NCBI RefSeq assembly: GCF_023055435.1
Contig: NW_025964290.1
Span: forward strand, 2,170,001 to 2,234,000
DNA: 64,000 nucleotides
Direction of reading: 5' to 3'
Origin: Haliotis rufescens
Taxonomy: Eukaryota
Shown: in pieces, positions 1 to 12,608 of the stretch
Layout: each line of letters opens with the position of its first letter
Position numbering within the stretch: position 1 is the stretch's first letter
Program-made: the position numbers and the translations under genes
Notes under the pieces: model-generated
Database searches by the model: none
What the model was told of the DNA's origin: nothing
What the model saw: the letters and a program-made list of their open reading frames with translations, nothing else

Positions 1-108
1 CTACTACTACTACTACTACTACTACCTCAATCACTACCACCACCAATACTACAACTACTACCTCAATCACTACCACCACCAATACTACAACTACTATTAT
101 TCTACTAT
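1..108. repeat. (CTA)n-rich microsatellite with a short internal duplication
   Basis: Direct CTA runs plus a duplicated cctcaatcactaccaccaccaatactacaactacta unit. Confidence 0.9.
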
Positions 109-223
109 AGGTCCGGGTTCGATTCCCCACATGGGTACAATGTGTAAAGCCCATTTCTGGTGTCCCCCGTCGTGCTATTGCTGGAATATTGATAAACGCG
201 GCGTCAAACCATACTCACTCACT
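109..223 (+). mobile_element. SINE family A, 5'-truncated
   Basis: B box gggttcgattccc, body catgggtacaatgtg...gctggaatattg and (ACTC)n tail; matches the other A copies. Confidence 0.9.
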
Positions 224-282
224 CCATTGTTCCAGTGACTAAACCCAATAGGAATTCAAAGTTCGATACTATTTGCCGATTA

Positions 283-548
283 TTTGTTTGTTTGTTTCTT
301 TGTTTGTTGTTTAACGCCGCCATAGTAATATTCCAGCTAGATGACGGCGGTCTGAAAATAATCGAGCCTGGACCAGACAATCCAGTGATTAACATCATGA
401 GCATCGATCCACGGTATTGGGATACGATGACATGCATCAACCAAGTCAGCGAGCCTGACCACCTGATCCCGTTAGTCGCCTCTTTCAAGCATAGTCGCCT
501 TTTACGACAAGCATGGGTTGTTGAAGACGTATTCTACCCCGGATCTTC
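283..548 (-). mobile_element. Short retroposon family B, near full length, duplicated-module variant
   Basis: Reverse complement of the B consensus with (AAAC)n tail at the left; two gcttg...ggcgact modules. Confidence 0.9.
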
Positions 549-1622
549 TATAACTATTACAATCACTACCACTTCTTCCACCACCCCACCATCCCGCTTC
601 AACCTCTACAACTGCTACCACGGTCACCAGTCCTGCCAAGACTACGATTTAACCAACCTCATGTGTAGCCTAGTGATTAAACATCCGCTCATCACGCAAA
701 AGGGTTCCAATTTTTCATGCAGTACATGGGCAGTTTGTGAAAACAATCCGCCATGGTTATAGTATATATTGCGGCGTTAAACACCGCCCACTCGCTCTCA
801 TCATACTCCAGTCAACAAGCTCCTCCACAACGTCTGCGACATCTACTACGGTGACACTGTACACTGTACGTGCTGTACACAGTGCCCAGAACTGATGATG
901 ATGAAACTAAGCCAGCGACGACGGACGCCGGCAACGTGATCGTCGTGTTTCCTGCAGCATCGAAGACAATGGCTATGCAATACACTGCTAATGGACGCGG
1001 TATCGATCTGCAATTGACATGCCCTCGTTAACCTGCGTGGGGGGAGGGGATGAATCACAAAGCTAGTGCTAGTGACGGCGTCATGTACCACTTACATACA
1101 TTTCATCACCACAACAAAGCACACCCTCGGCAATCTCTACTATGAACACATCGCACACAGCGGCCCGACTGTGTTATGCATGGTGCGTAGGTTAAATGAC
1201 GACACAAATTGATTCCAACCTTTTGTAGGCTAATGACATCGATAACGGCGTTACTGAGTTCGTGTGTCCTGATAATAGACCGGATTCAATATGTCATACA
1301 CTGAAATGTCAAATGTATTCCCTGTGAGAGTTGCGTCCCTTACTCGTGCTAGGATCCGATAATCATGGGTTCGAATACGGACTAAAATCTGCTACCGTCA
1401 AATCCGAAATACCGAAGTCAATTCGTTGTTGAATTGGTTTGATAAATCAAATTTTGCGTGTCATGGACCTCATGCCCTCCTTAGTTGACAGTGACGAGGT
1501 GTGTGGACAGTATGTAGTAAGTCCTGAATGTATCCATACGCGTTCTTTAATTAATCCTCCGCGAGGATACTGTTGCAAAATAGGCCCCAAGTGCATCCAG
1601 TGTTTACCTTAAGATTCCACTA

Positions 1623-1791
1623 GTAAGTGAATGAGTGAGTATGGTTTTACGCCGCTTTTAGCAATATTCCAGCAATATCACGGCGGGGGACACCAGCATT
1701 GGGCTTCACACATTGTACCCATGTGGGGAATCGAACCCGGGTCTTCGGCGTGACGAGTGAACGCTTTAACCACTTGGCTACCCGATCACCC
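1623..1791 (-). mobile_element. SINE family A (tRNA-Asp-like head), full length
   Basis: A-box-like tagccaagtgg, ctcgtcacgccgaagacccgggttcgattcccc (resembles the tRNA-Asp GTC arm and T loop), ACTC tail, degenerate TSD. Confidence 0.92.
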
Positions 1792-2178
1792 ATTAGATCC
1801 TACTAAAATTAGAAGAGGTGGTTACGATGTGTGACGTTGTTGATTGTCGCACAATACCTCACTGCGTGGATGGTTTGTCTGGGCCAGACTCGATCATTTA
1901 TAGGCAGTCGTGATAGATGTTTACTTGTTTGTGAGCTGTAAACCTGCATTCATTCCCTCACACATCTAACTTAGATTTGTTTATTTGCTATTTTGTGTGT
2001 TTGTTTGTTGTTTAACGCTGCAGTATTCCATCTGAAACACATCAGCTTGTAAATAATGGACTCTTGACAGTCCAGACAATCCAGTGATTGATAAGAGCAC
2101 CTCGACGACGCAGGATGTTGATCATAGTATCGGCCACTGGTTTGCCGGTCCGGGATCCATCACCGAGACACTGCATAG

Positions 2179-2428
2179 GACCCGTGAAGATCCGGGTTAG
2201 AATAGGTCTTCAGCAACCCATGCTTGTCGTAAGAGGCGACTAATGGGATCAGGTGGTCAGGCTCGCTGACTTGGTTGATGCATGACATTGTATTCCAATT
2301 GCGTGGATCGATGCTCATGATGTCAATCACTGGATCGTCTGGCCCAAACTCGATTATTTACAGACCGCCATCATATAGCTGGAATATTGCTGAGTGCGGC
2401 GTTAAACAACATACAAACAAACAAACAA
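2179..2428 (+). mobile_element. Short retroposon family B, full length, nested in an older B-like copy
   Basis: Starts gacccgtgaagatcc and ends (aaac)n; TSD acactgcat(a/g)g at 2168-2178 and 2429-2439. Confidence 0.93.
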
Positions 2429-3084
2429 ACACTGCATGGATATTGCTGAATGCGGCAATATTAAGCTCACAAAGTTTGCCCCTTAAATACAACATATGTC
2501 AGATTATGTAAGAAAATTATACGTAGCTGTTTTCAATTCAATAAATCCATAGAATCCCACGACGAGAGCGACACTAAGTGTTTTATATTCTACAACGCAG
2601 AAAGACCCCCAAACACTGACACACTTGTGTATTTGGCATCGTGAGTCGCGACAATTTAGATAAAGCCACTTTACATATACATAGCAAGGTGAATAGGATT
2701 CTGTTAAAAAGAAATCCAAATATGCTAGGTAATATATTTTACATCCAGTTTGTAAATTTACACAGCATTGCATGTTTTCTCACAAACCTGAAATTCCTCT
2801 TTGAAGTAACCGGTTATCTTTTATAACAGCTCGACGCCAGAGAAAAACAGATCGAGTTTGTATTGACAAAAGCTGGTTTTCTACTCAAAGTAATCCACAT
2901 GCATTGGACACAGCTTTCTGTGTGAAAGATTGCTTTTCAACTCATGAACAAGCTTGAGGTGTCGTGTTTCCATCACGAGACGGCCGACCTGCGTCTCTGT
3001 GATTATTTAATACCCTGTACTTTGTAAACAGATATAGAGAAGTACGGACTACACAATACAGTGAAGCTTAACCTCAATCTGAAA

Positions 3085-3455
3085 ATGACGGCGGTCTGTA
3101 AATAATCGAGTCTGGACCAGACAATCCAGTGACTGACATCATGAGCATCGATCCACACAATTGAGATGGTCAGGCACACTGACTTAGTTGATGCATGTAA
3201 TCGTATCCCAATTGCGTAGATGGATGCTAATGATGTCAATTGCTAGATTGTCTGCGGCGTTAAACAAACAAACAAACAAACAAGCAAACGAACAAACAAA
3301 ACCTTTATAAGACAAGTGGAGTTACTAATATCCACAACGGAACGTAAATGATGATGTAAATCACTGGATTGTCTGGTCCAGACTCGATCTACAGACCGCC
3401 GTCATATAGCTGGAATATTGCTTAGTGCCAAACAAACAATCAAACAACAAACAAA
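3085..3455. mobile_element. Cluster of family B fragments in both orientations
   Basis: Minus fragment ~3085-3165 fused to a plus fragment ~3166-3300; a second plus 3' fragment at ~3345-3455. Confidence 0.8.
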
Positions 3456-4159
3456 CCTTTAAGGGGCGTGTACAAACTACAGACTGTACAGTCGGGGCGA
3501 TGTGTTGTGTACGGTCAGACGTACAGATCTCTTACGATCTGCCACAAAACAGTGAGGCCGGATACACCAGAAATTGGCTCCGCACATTGTACCCATGTGG
3601 GGAATCGACAACAAAATACCTGATACTAATAATTACAAATATACGTGACTTTGACGTAAAAAAGGCACGAATACGGTATGACAAAAGGTCAAAGGGTATT
3701 TCTACTGGTTGCCCATTTCCATCAAGGTGTTGAAGTTCTCACAGGTACGATGGCAAGGTAAACAGGAGTCGAGACAGCGGACCCGCGTTTTCGAGTAGGT
3801 GTGTTCTCAGGTACAGTTATATTTCAGCCATCTGTCACCCTAACGGTAACGGCCATAAGTACCCGTGTACATGTCGTAAATTGTCTGCGGCTGATGGAGT
3901 GTGGGCGCACGGTGTCTGTGTGTGAATACACAAGGTGTTAAAGGGCATGATTTAGGTCGTCACCTTGCCTCACTCAGAATTTATAACGGTTCTGTGACGT
4001 CATAATGTTTACTGATGTCAGTATGACCTTGGGAATCAATACACGAGACGTGCTTGTTGTGGGAATGCAAGGCTGGATGTGTATGTTTCTGGTTGTATTT
4101 GGGCGACCTGTTTCACGTTTCCAAATCCTAGTTTTCATTTCCTGGTGCTGTGAGCCGAA

Positions 4160-4372
4160 GTGAAATAAGGTTAAACGTCGCGTTCAAGGTTTTTGCACTT
4201 ACATAGCGACATCCATTCGCGTGTGTTTGTGGCTAGATTGTGCCTGATTTGACTAGATTGCAGTATATGGACACCGTCAGGCAGGGTAACAACAAGTAGC
4301 ATATGTTAAGGTATTTTGGTATGACGAGTCCAGGGGATCAAACCAATCTCTCCAAGCAGACGGTCCATCCAC
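4160..4372 (-). mobile_element. Degenerate family D (V-SINE) copy
   Basis: ttaaacgtcgcgttcaag tail and caggcagggtaacaacaagtagcat...tttggtatgacg match family D in reverse. Confidence 0.7.
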
Positions 4373-5822
4373 TATATAAGTGCATGTATCTTGAACACGA
4401 CGCTAAACACATTTGACCTCACCAAAAAGGATCTAGCCATATTTTTCACAAGAACAGAGTTAATGGACCGGGCGCGCCTCCCAAAACGCAGCACCTACCT
4501 TGAGACGATTACCTCACGACCTGCTTCTGCCACTCCGCGTTTCCTTCACCTGCGACTTCCTTTGTCGGGGTCCCGGCCAGCGTTCAAACACATCCCCCTG
4601 ACAGATCGATGGCAGACGAGATGGGCATTGCACGTGCATGTTTGTAAGTGCTTTTGTCTCATTGATAGGGTGGGAGTATCGGGGCGTTTTGAACAATTGG
4701 CTTGTTTGCTCAAAACACTCTCGAGACTTGAATTTGGATCATATTATATGTTCAATGAAATATGGATCCATTTATTTACATCTAGGATGTAAATGTCGAC
4801 TTTATGATTTATGATAACATAACAGGTTGATCATCATTTGCTCACACTCATCATCATCATGTAAACACACCCATGTTTGAATGTAACCAGATGTCGCGTG
4901 GTGTATATATATACAGTGATCGAAGCTATCAAATGGTGGACTTATATCCTTACACCTATTATGTGTATATGGTATAGATTAAGTCGTCACGCTCTGTGCC
5001 CCGCGTAGTGCATGTCTAACTGCTGTCCTTTATACTCAGCTGCTCGGAATTTTGTTTACTTGATAAGTCCGAAGCAAATAGAGTGCAGCGTTACTCGAGC
5101 AGAAGGAAAGCAACCTCCGAACACTGCTGATTATTTGTGCGTAGTTGTGATTATTTCGAAAAGCAAAATTGTTGTGTACAAATGTCAGTGTATTGACGCG
5201 GTAAAGGGTGGTGTTTATGCTTTGTTTCTTACAAAACTGATCCAACCCGAGGCAAAATAACGTTGAGATTAGTGGTCATTTTCAAACTTGTCTTCTCAAC
5301 CCAACATGATTGAATCACAAAAAAAGGTCTTTATGTTTAGGTATGGTCGAACCTCCCCCCACCCCCACCCCCACCCCAAATATGAGTCAGCGGGGGACGC
5401 CCTCCCGGCTTAGAAACAAAGGGGCAATGTCCTGAAGGGGGAACGCCAGTTATTACGGGGATATTGAGATCAAAGACCCGCATTAGCAGACGATTTGAAC
5501 AGAGCGCGGGAAATTACAATTGATGGGAACTAATTGTTCGTATCATTAACCGACTTTATCATCCAAAACTGGCTCCCACAGGAGATATGGCTTGGGTGAG
5601 ATCGAGCAATATCTACAGTGAAGATATCGCTGCAATGAAATTGCATCACAATGCTTTGCAGATCATCGTGATGTCATTGGTTACCATGACGTCACAATCA
5701 AATGACATCACTAATGGCTCTACTACTGAAGGTGTTACCAGTACTTTTTACACTTAAGACACCCTGCTTATTACTGTCTACAAACTGAAAAAGTTGGAAG
5801 AAGGATGTTTGATGATAAAAAA

Positions 5823-5919
5823 AATCTCACCCGAGTGTCTTTTGATATCAAATATATCAACACTCATTGGTAAAACTCGTGTTGATAAACTTGATATCAA
5901 AAGACACTCGGGTGTGATT
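5823..5919. repeat. Foldback inverted repeat, ~41 bp arms and 15 bp loop; probable MITE remnant
   Basis: aatctcacccgagtgtcttttgatatcaa...caacac pairs with gtgttg...ttgatatcaaaagacactcgggtgtgatt. Confidence 0.85.
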
Positions 5920-6960
5920 CTCTATATCTTATCATTAGATGCTTGAGACATACCCGTCTCTTCAGCACTCGTAGCCATAACAAGTGACGCATTCATAGGC
6001 TTCCACTCAAGACCACACCCTACCCCCTTTGAAACCATCAGTTCACAATGCCACGTCACCCCCGAAATAACCTTCTTATTTAAATATATGTTTACATCCT
6101 TGTCCGATTGTGGAGCCCCCCCCCCCCCCCCCAAAAAAAAAAAAATAATAATAATAAAAAGTTAATATTTGATATTTAGGTGTGACCACCGCCCACTCTT
6201 TCCCCGACCTCCGCCCCTCACAGCCAAGGTACGACGGAAGCTATTAAACATCTGCTTGAGGATGCGTCTATCAAGGATGCTTTATCTACAATGGTTGCAG
6301 TAACAAAACAGTCTTTGTACGTCCCGGATGCTGCAGGTGATATGAATTGGCCGCTGTTTTATGTTTTCAACGGAATTACGCCATCCTTCAGGAATCTGAA
6401 AACAGACCGATGCAACTGTTCACGTAAACCGCCTCGCGATACCACGTCCGGAGTTGGACTAAATTCGTCGCATTTTCGGCCATAAAACATTTTTCTTGTC
6501 TCTCTCTCGATCCTGATATTGCCCTTCTGTCTTTATTAACCTGTCAGCTGATAAATTTATGACGCGTGAACTACACGCGCGCGTGCAAGCGTGAAATCTC
6601 GTCTTTTCTCGCAAGACGATCGATCGCTATGATGGAAATGTGCGTATAAAAAGGCTGTAGCTCTTTGACAGTCGAGATTGACCTGATTTCATGAGCACGT
6701 GGGGCACGTGCTGACAATGACAGCTTTGCGCGAGAAATACTAGTATCCTAATCCACGTGGGTTTGGCCATGTGACTGTGGACTTATAATCAGCTTAACTC
6801 AGTCCGCCCTAACAATGCCATGTCAAAGACAAGTCTGAAATATGTTATACTAATATAATTTAATCTCAAGTAATGGGTGTTTCTTTAGCAGGACACTGAG
6901 TGCGTGCGCGCACAAGTTCATTTGAATTTCGGAAACTGGTCATCTAACCGACGTACAATG

Positions 6961-7112
6961 GTTGTTTGTTTGTTTGTTTGTTTAACGCGCACTCACCAAT
7001 ATTCCAGCTATATGACGGCGGTCTGCAAATAATCGAGTCTGGACCAGACAATTCAGTGATTGACATCATGAGTATCGATCTGTGTAATTGGGATATGATG
7101 ACATGCATCAAC
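6961..7112 (-). mobile_element. Family B, 3' half
   Basis: Tail and body match the B consensus. Confidence 0.88.
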
Positions 7113-7516
7113 AAACAAACAAACATGAAGCATGGCGGAAGAGAAGGGAGGCAATTTGACTTTGCCCTGTCTGACATTCCGGGATCACAGTTATCGTCAC
7201 ATTGATTACATTTATGTAGAATCGATATTAAGTACATCTGACGTCCTGTAATCTTCCCGTGATGGACATTAACAAAACTTGCGATGATCAATTTGCGGAT
7301 GTTATTTTCATGTTATTTACGGGAAAAGCAGTTTAATCACTGGTCCCTGGGTTTGCAGTAACTGATGCGGTCCCGCGGATAATTACTTGGTTTAGGATTA
7401 TCCCATGGCCATTTGATATGTTTTGATTATTAATTTGTAATGACACGTTTCTATGTACCATCTTTAGTGGTTTTAAGAGAAGAAACTGATTTACCTTTCA
7501 CAGTTGCGCAAGCCAC

Positions 7517-8100
7517 CTCATTCACTCACTCAGCCGCTCACTCGCCAACTCGCTCACTCAACCATCCGTTAACTCACTCTCTCACTTACTCACTCGCCAA
7601 ATCGCTCACTTACTCGCCCTTTCACCCACTCACTCGCCAACTTGCTCACTCAACCATCCGCTAACTCACACGCCCACTTACTCACTCGCCCACTCGCTCG
7701 CCCTTCCACCCACTCACTCGCCAACTCGCTCACTCAACCATCCACTCACTCGCCCTTCCACTCACTCGCCAACTCGCTCATTCACTAACTCGCCCTTCCA
7801 CCTACTCACTCTCCAACCCGCTCGCTCACTAACTCGCCAACTCACTAACTCGCCCTTCCACTCACTCACTCGCCAACTCGCTCATTCACTAACTCGCCCT
7901 TCCACCTACTCACTCGCCAACTCGCCCACTCACTAACTCGCCCTTCCATCCGCTCATTTACTCACTCGCCAACTCGCTTACTCAACCATCCACCCACTCA
8001 CTTACTTACTCGCCAACTCACTCACTTACTCACTCCCCAACTCGCTAACTCAACCATCCACTCACTCGCTAACTCAGTCACTCACTCCAGCCCCTACTCA
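7517..8100. repeat. Degenerate (ACTC)n-based compound repeat
   Basis: Recurrent cactcactcgccaactcg and cgcccttccac motifs. Confidence 0.85.
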
Positions 8101-8662
8101 CGTCTCACCGAATACCACCGAGCCAAAATCCATCCACCCCAACCAATAGCGATACAAGTAAACGGACAGTGATGCTAAGTGAACACACAACTCACCAAAC
8201 TGGTCGCATTGTTCTCTAACAATCTCGGTCACGTTATTCATTAGTAATGACCGCCACACGTCATCTGAATCTCTGCCACCTTTCTGGATTGCTCCATCTC
8301 ATCCCCGTACGAAGGCAATTAGTGGATGAGTATTTTGCCCCAATAATGACTTCTCACTGTTTTTGGGACTTCGCACTATATTGGTGACAAGTAGTGCTGA
8401 CTGCGCGGTGCCAATTCACAGACTGGTGTTCTTCCCCTGATGTTTACTTCTGTGATCACGCGCTGTGTGGAGTTAGTAATTCCCGAATCGTGTAAACTCC
8501 TTGCAGGTTACTTGTCCTCGCAAAAACAAAGTGTTCGTTTGCTGGAACTTATTCATCTGTGCCGTAAGAAGATAATAGTCGCTTGATCGAAATAATGAAA
8601 CAAGGGCTCTTACTGTCAGTTAGGTGTTCAGATGTATCGGTTTTCATTCTAGTTGAGTTTAG

Positions 8663-8830
8663 AGTGAGTGAGTTGAGTTTAATGTCGCTTTGAACAGTAT
8701 TCCAGTGATACCACGGCGTGTCAGCTTAATGTACACGGAAATGCAGGTCTCAGACGTTTACCACTTTGGAGAAACCAGAGACCACAAAATATGTATTGTA
8801 TGGTCTCTGCTAAAACCCACGAGCTCAGGT
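8663..8830 (-). mobile_element. SINE family C, 3' part, interrupted by a 34 bp TIR relic
   Basis: Reverse C tail and body; extra insert at 8776-8809. Confidence 0.8.
8776..8809. mobile_element. Ultra-short TIR-only DNA transposon relic (17+17 bp)
   Basis: cagagaccacaaaatat + gtattgtatggtctctg, 14/17 self-complementary; absent from other C copies; degenerate 7-8 bp TSD. Confidence 0.75.
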
Positions 8831-9505
8831 GATTTTAGACATCCTTCTTTTGAGAAAGAAACTATTCCAAAGTCCGATCTTTTGCTGTAACCAACTCAGC
8901 ACAAGGGCCACAAGCTCTTTTTAACACATTTCAGGGCCAAATAGGCCAGTGTATTGTCCCTGAACAAGGATTTTGTTCACGTTGTGTTGTATCATTTTAA
9001 AAACAAAATTGTTAAAAAATGGCTACTTTACGAAATGGAATATTTTTTACTTCTGCAGACAATTCGACATCATTTAATGCAAACCTAAGCAGGGTGTTTA
9101 CCTCCTGTGATTGAAGGCACACTCCCCTCGCCTATCAGGAAATGTGACCTTAGCTATTGGCTTTCTGTCGTCTGCTCGCCTCAGGCCCAATCAGTCAATT
9201 TCCTTGTGGACTATTGATGGCTACACGGTTCTTACGTCCAGTAGGTTTAGATGCTGCCCAGCCGTGTGCCAAATGTCGATCATGGCATGGAGTCGATTAA
9301 AGTAGACTTGGGCCTCCAGTTTTGATGTTTTCTCCTGTGAGATGTTATTGGTTTTCTGCTCCTAGAGGGCCAAAGTGTTTCGTTTGAGTTGACAGTTGAA
9401 GTGAATAACCTGACGTAGTGCTGATAGATGGTCGATACTATCTCCTAATTTACTTTTTTTTTGCAATGGGTCAATATTTACCAACTTCCCCTTCTTTCGT
9501 GAACG

Positions 9506-9723
9506 GGGGCACGCCAGAAACCTATGATTGTGGGTTCGAATCCCGGTTCGCCTCGATTATGTTTCTAGGTTTGTCAGCACCATACCCGTCCTCGTGGGTT
9601 TCACCGAAATGGTAAACGTCTGGGACCTGCATCACTTCGGGCTTTCCTCCCACTTAAGCTGACACGCCGCGATATAACTGGAATACTGTTGAAAGCGGCG
9701 TTGAACCTCACTCTCTCACTCAC
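9506..9723 (+). mobile_element. SINE family C lacking the A-box segment
   Basis: TSD ctttcgtgaacg at 9494-9505 and 9724-9735; B box gggttcgaatccc; the head is collapsed between two gggcacg repeats. Confidence 0.9.
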
Positions 9724-10134
9724 CTTTCGTGAACGACTGCGTCCTTGCCACCATCTGGCTGCACTTGGATAACATCCTACCTATTTAACGCCCTCTATTT
9801 GTTCGCTTTAGTTCTGAAATAGAAGCCCACGTCATTGCTTGATCTTTTATTGTTAGGACGTGTTGAGGAAGCAAGGCAAGATTACGGTTGTGCGAACCAT
9901 ATGTCATCTTCAAGTCATTTAACTCTTATGAGGAGGTAACGCTGTTGTTGATTCTGAGCCTGTAATTCACTGGTCATTCTGAACGTGCTTAAAACTATCC
10001 CCTTGGAAAGACCAGTTCGGAATAGGCCCCGGGTACAAGTAAGCCTTGCTTGTGGTAAATGGTGATGAAGATGCTGAGGGAGTGGTCACAATGGCGGCTA
10101 TCCAACTGGCTGATTGTATCATCGTACCCGAATA

Positions 10135-10517
10135 GACGGCCTCCGTGGTAGATACAGACCGCCTCCGTGGTCTAGTGGTACAGCGTCCGCCCGGAGAGCG
10201 GAAGGTCCGGGGTTCGATCCCCGACCGCGTCATACCAAAAGACGTTAAAAGATGGTACTTGTTGTTACCCTGTCTGGCGCTCGGCATTATGGAGCTAAAA
10301 CAAGGACTGGTCGGCTCGGAGTCAGTATACTGTGTGTTCATGTTAAACTGCGGCATGGTATCTCAGTAAGCTAGCACTATTAATCGGCATCAGTCCGGAC
10401 TAGTACAAGCAGCCACACACACACACACACACACGTGCATGCACGTCGCTATATAAGTGAAATAATCTTGGACGCGACGTTAAACCCCATTTCACCTCAC
10501 CACCTCACCACCTCACC
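10135..10517 (+). mobile_element. SINE family D (V-SINE/RUDI-like), full length, nested in an ancient B-like copy
   Basis: tRNA-like head (tggtctagtgg / ggttcgatccc), V-like domain cgtcataccaaaagacgttaaaagatggtacttg, internal (CA)n, (CACCT)n tail; TSD tcgtacccgaata at 10122-10134 and 10518-10530. Confidence 0.9.
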
Positions 10518-10734
10518 TCGTACCCGAATATCGTGGATTGTTGCGCATGTTATCAACCATTGGTTTGCCTGGCCCATTATGAACGACCCGCCGTAATATA
10601 GTTGAAATACTGCTGACTTTGTGTAAACAACATCCACTCACTCACTCATACCCTGTGACAACATGACTTGTATGGCCACACTGTGTGTCTGTGCACAGGG
10701 ATGACGTTCAAGCATAACGACTCGGTGTGCGATA

Positions 10735-10890
10735 CCACCAACGGAATGTATTCCCCACCAACGGAATGTATTCCCCACCGACGGAATGTATTCCCCACCA
10801 ACGGAATGTATTCCCCACCAACGGAATGTATTCCCCACCGACGGAATGTATTCCCCACCGACGGAATGTATTCCCCACCGACGGAAATGT
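10735..10890. repeat. 20 bp minisatellite, ~7.5 units (acggaatgtattccccaccr)
   Basis: Near-perfect head-to-tail units. Confidence 0.97.
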
Positions 10891-11864
10891 TATACAGAGA
10901 CACACTCCTGAAGAACAGAATTAAAAATAACCGTCGTCGAAGTTGCACCGATCCCTTCGTCGGCATTAACATCAGTCGCAACCGATGATTCTTGAAAACC
11001 AGAGAGTTGCCTTTCAACAATTTCTGTAAACAAAAGGGTTGAGCCCTAATGTTTCTTGAAGCCTGAAGCCCAAGGGATGAAGCCGTCGATTGCTCAAGAC
11101 CAGAAGCAGATTTTACTATCGATTCCTGAAAACTGCGGTCCTACACTCTGCGAATTCCAAACCACAAATTTCAAGCGTTCAATTTCCATAGTGACATAGG
11201 CAGCCACACGTGGCTTCTTTCCCTTTCATTTAGGAGCCAAAAGTCAGGGCTTCGGTGCTCGGTGCTACAGTTCCAATAGGGTGTAGTGTGGACGTTGTGT
11301 GGAGTTTGTACGCATGTAGTGTTAACGGCTTTCTGCCACACGGGGTCGGCGCATGCTGAGGGGGTAGTCAAGCAAAGAGTATTTATTAATTGACAAAGGC
11401 TTCAAGTTTGGATAACATTTCCACTACAAGACCCTGGCCTACACCGAATGTTTCTTTGAATATTTAACAGAACTTATGGGGGATGTATTGATTATTTTGC
11501 TTTCAAAGTAATTTCTACAATAAAACGTCAGAAATGCAGCCAAGATTAAGGATTCATTTGAAAGGAAAGGGGGGTGGGGGGCGTCTAAAAACAAATCAAT
11601 ATCTAGGTCCTCATGTTATAAAAACATGAGAGATGCAGCATTTTCAGATTATTGTGCAGATTTGATTTTTGTCACTGTAAGCTTTTTGCACCTTAAAACG
11701 AGGAAGAAGTATTTAGGCGAAGTAAGCATCATATCTTTCCTGAATTTCGTTGCATATTTTTGGAATAAGTTTATCCTCTGAACACAACATGGCAGAGACG
11801 GGTCTAGGATTTTGAAATAAAGGCCTGTGGACACTATACCCAAATCACTTAGTGAACCGAATCA

Positions 11865-12608
11865 CATGGTACGTCGACATGTGTTGACACGATTCGATGA
11901 CATGATGAGTTGTTGTGGTACGTTGACATGATACATTGATATGGTACGTTGACATGATACGTTGATATGGTACGTTGACATGATACGTTGATATGGTACG
12001 TTGACATGATACGTTGACATGATACGTTAATATGGTACGTTGACATGATACGTTGACATGATACGTTGATATGGTACGTTGACATACGTTGATATGGTAC
12101 GTTGATATGGTTCGTTGATATGGTACGTTGACATAGGCTGACATAATACGTTGACATAATACTTTGATATGGTACGTTGACATGTTACGTTGATATGGTA
12201 CTTTGACATAGGCTGACATAATACGTTGACATGATACGTTGATGTGGAACGTTGACATGATACGTTAATATGGTACGTTGACATGGTACGTTGACATGAT
12301 ACGTTGATATGGTACGTTGACATGATACGTTGATATGGTACGTTGACTTGATATGTTGACATGATACGTTGATATTGTTCTTTGATATGTTACGTTGATA
12401 TGGTACGTTGACATAGGATGACTTAATACGTTGACACAATACGTTGATATGGTACGTTGATATAGGCTGACATAAGACGTTGACATGATACGTTGATATG
12501 GTTCGTTGACACGATACGTTGACATAATACGTTGTAATGGTTCGTTGACATGATACGTTGACATAAGCTGACAATACGTTGACATGATGACATACGTTGA
12601 CATGACAT
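11865..12608. repeat. 13 bp minisatellite (tacgttgacatga / tacgttgatatgg), ~57 units
   Basis: Two alternating unit variants; the overlapping ORFs are repeat artefacts. Confidence 0.95.

Noticed and set aside
2179-2260. Assigning the family B head to HDV-like, twister or pistol ribozyme classes
   Set aside because: Manual fitting failed: there is no P3/L3/P1.1 arrangement for HDV, no P2/T2 for twister, and the loop size is wrong for pistol. It is left as an unclassified candidate.
9100-9410. Protein-like minus-strand frame with three stops
   Set aside because: Could be a decayed mobile-element ORF, but it contains no motif I can identify.
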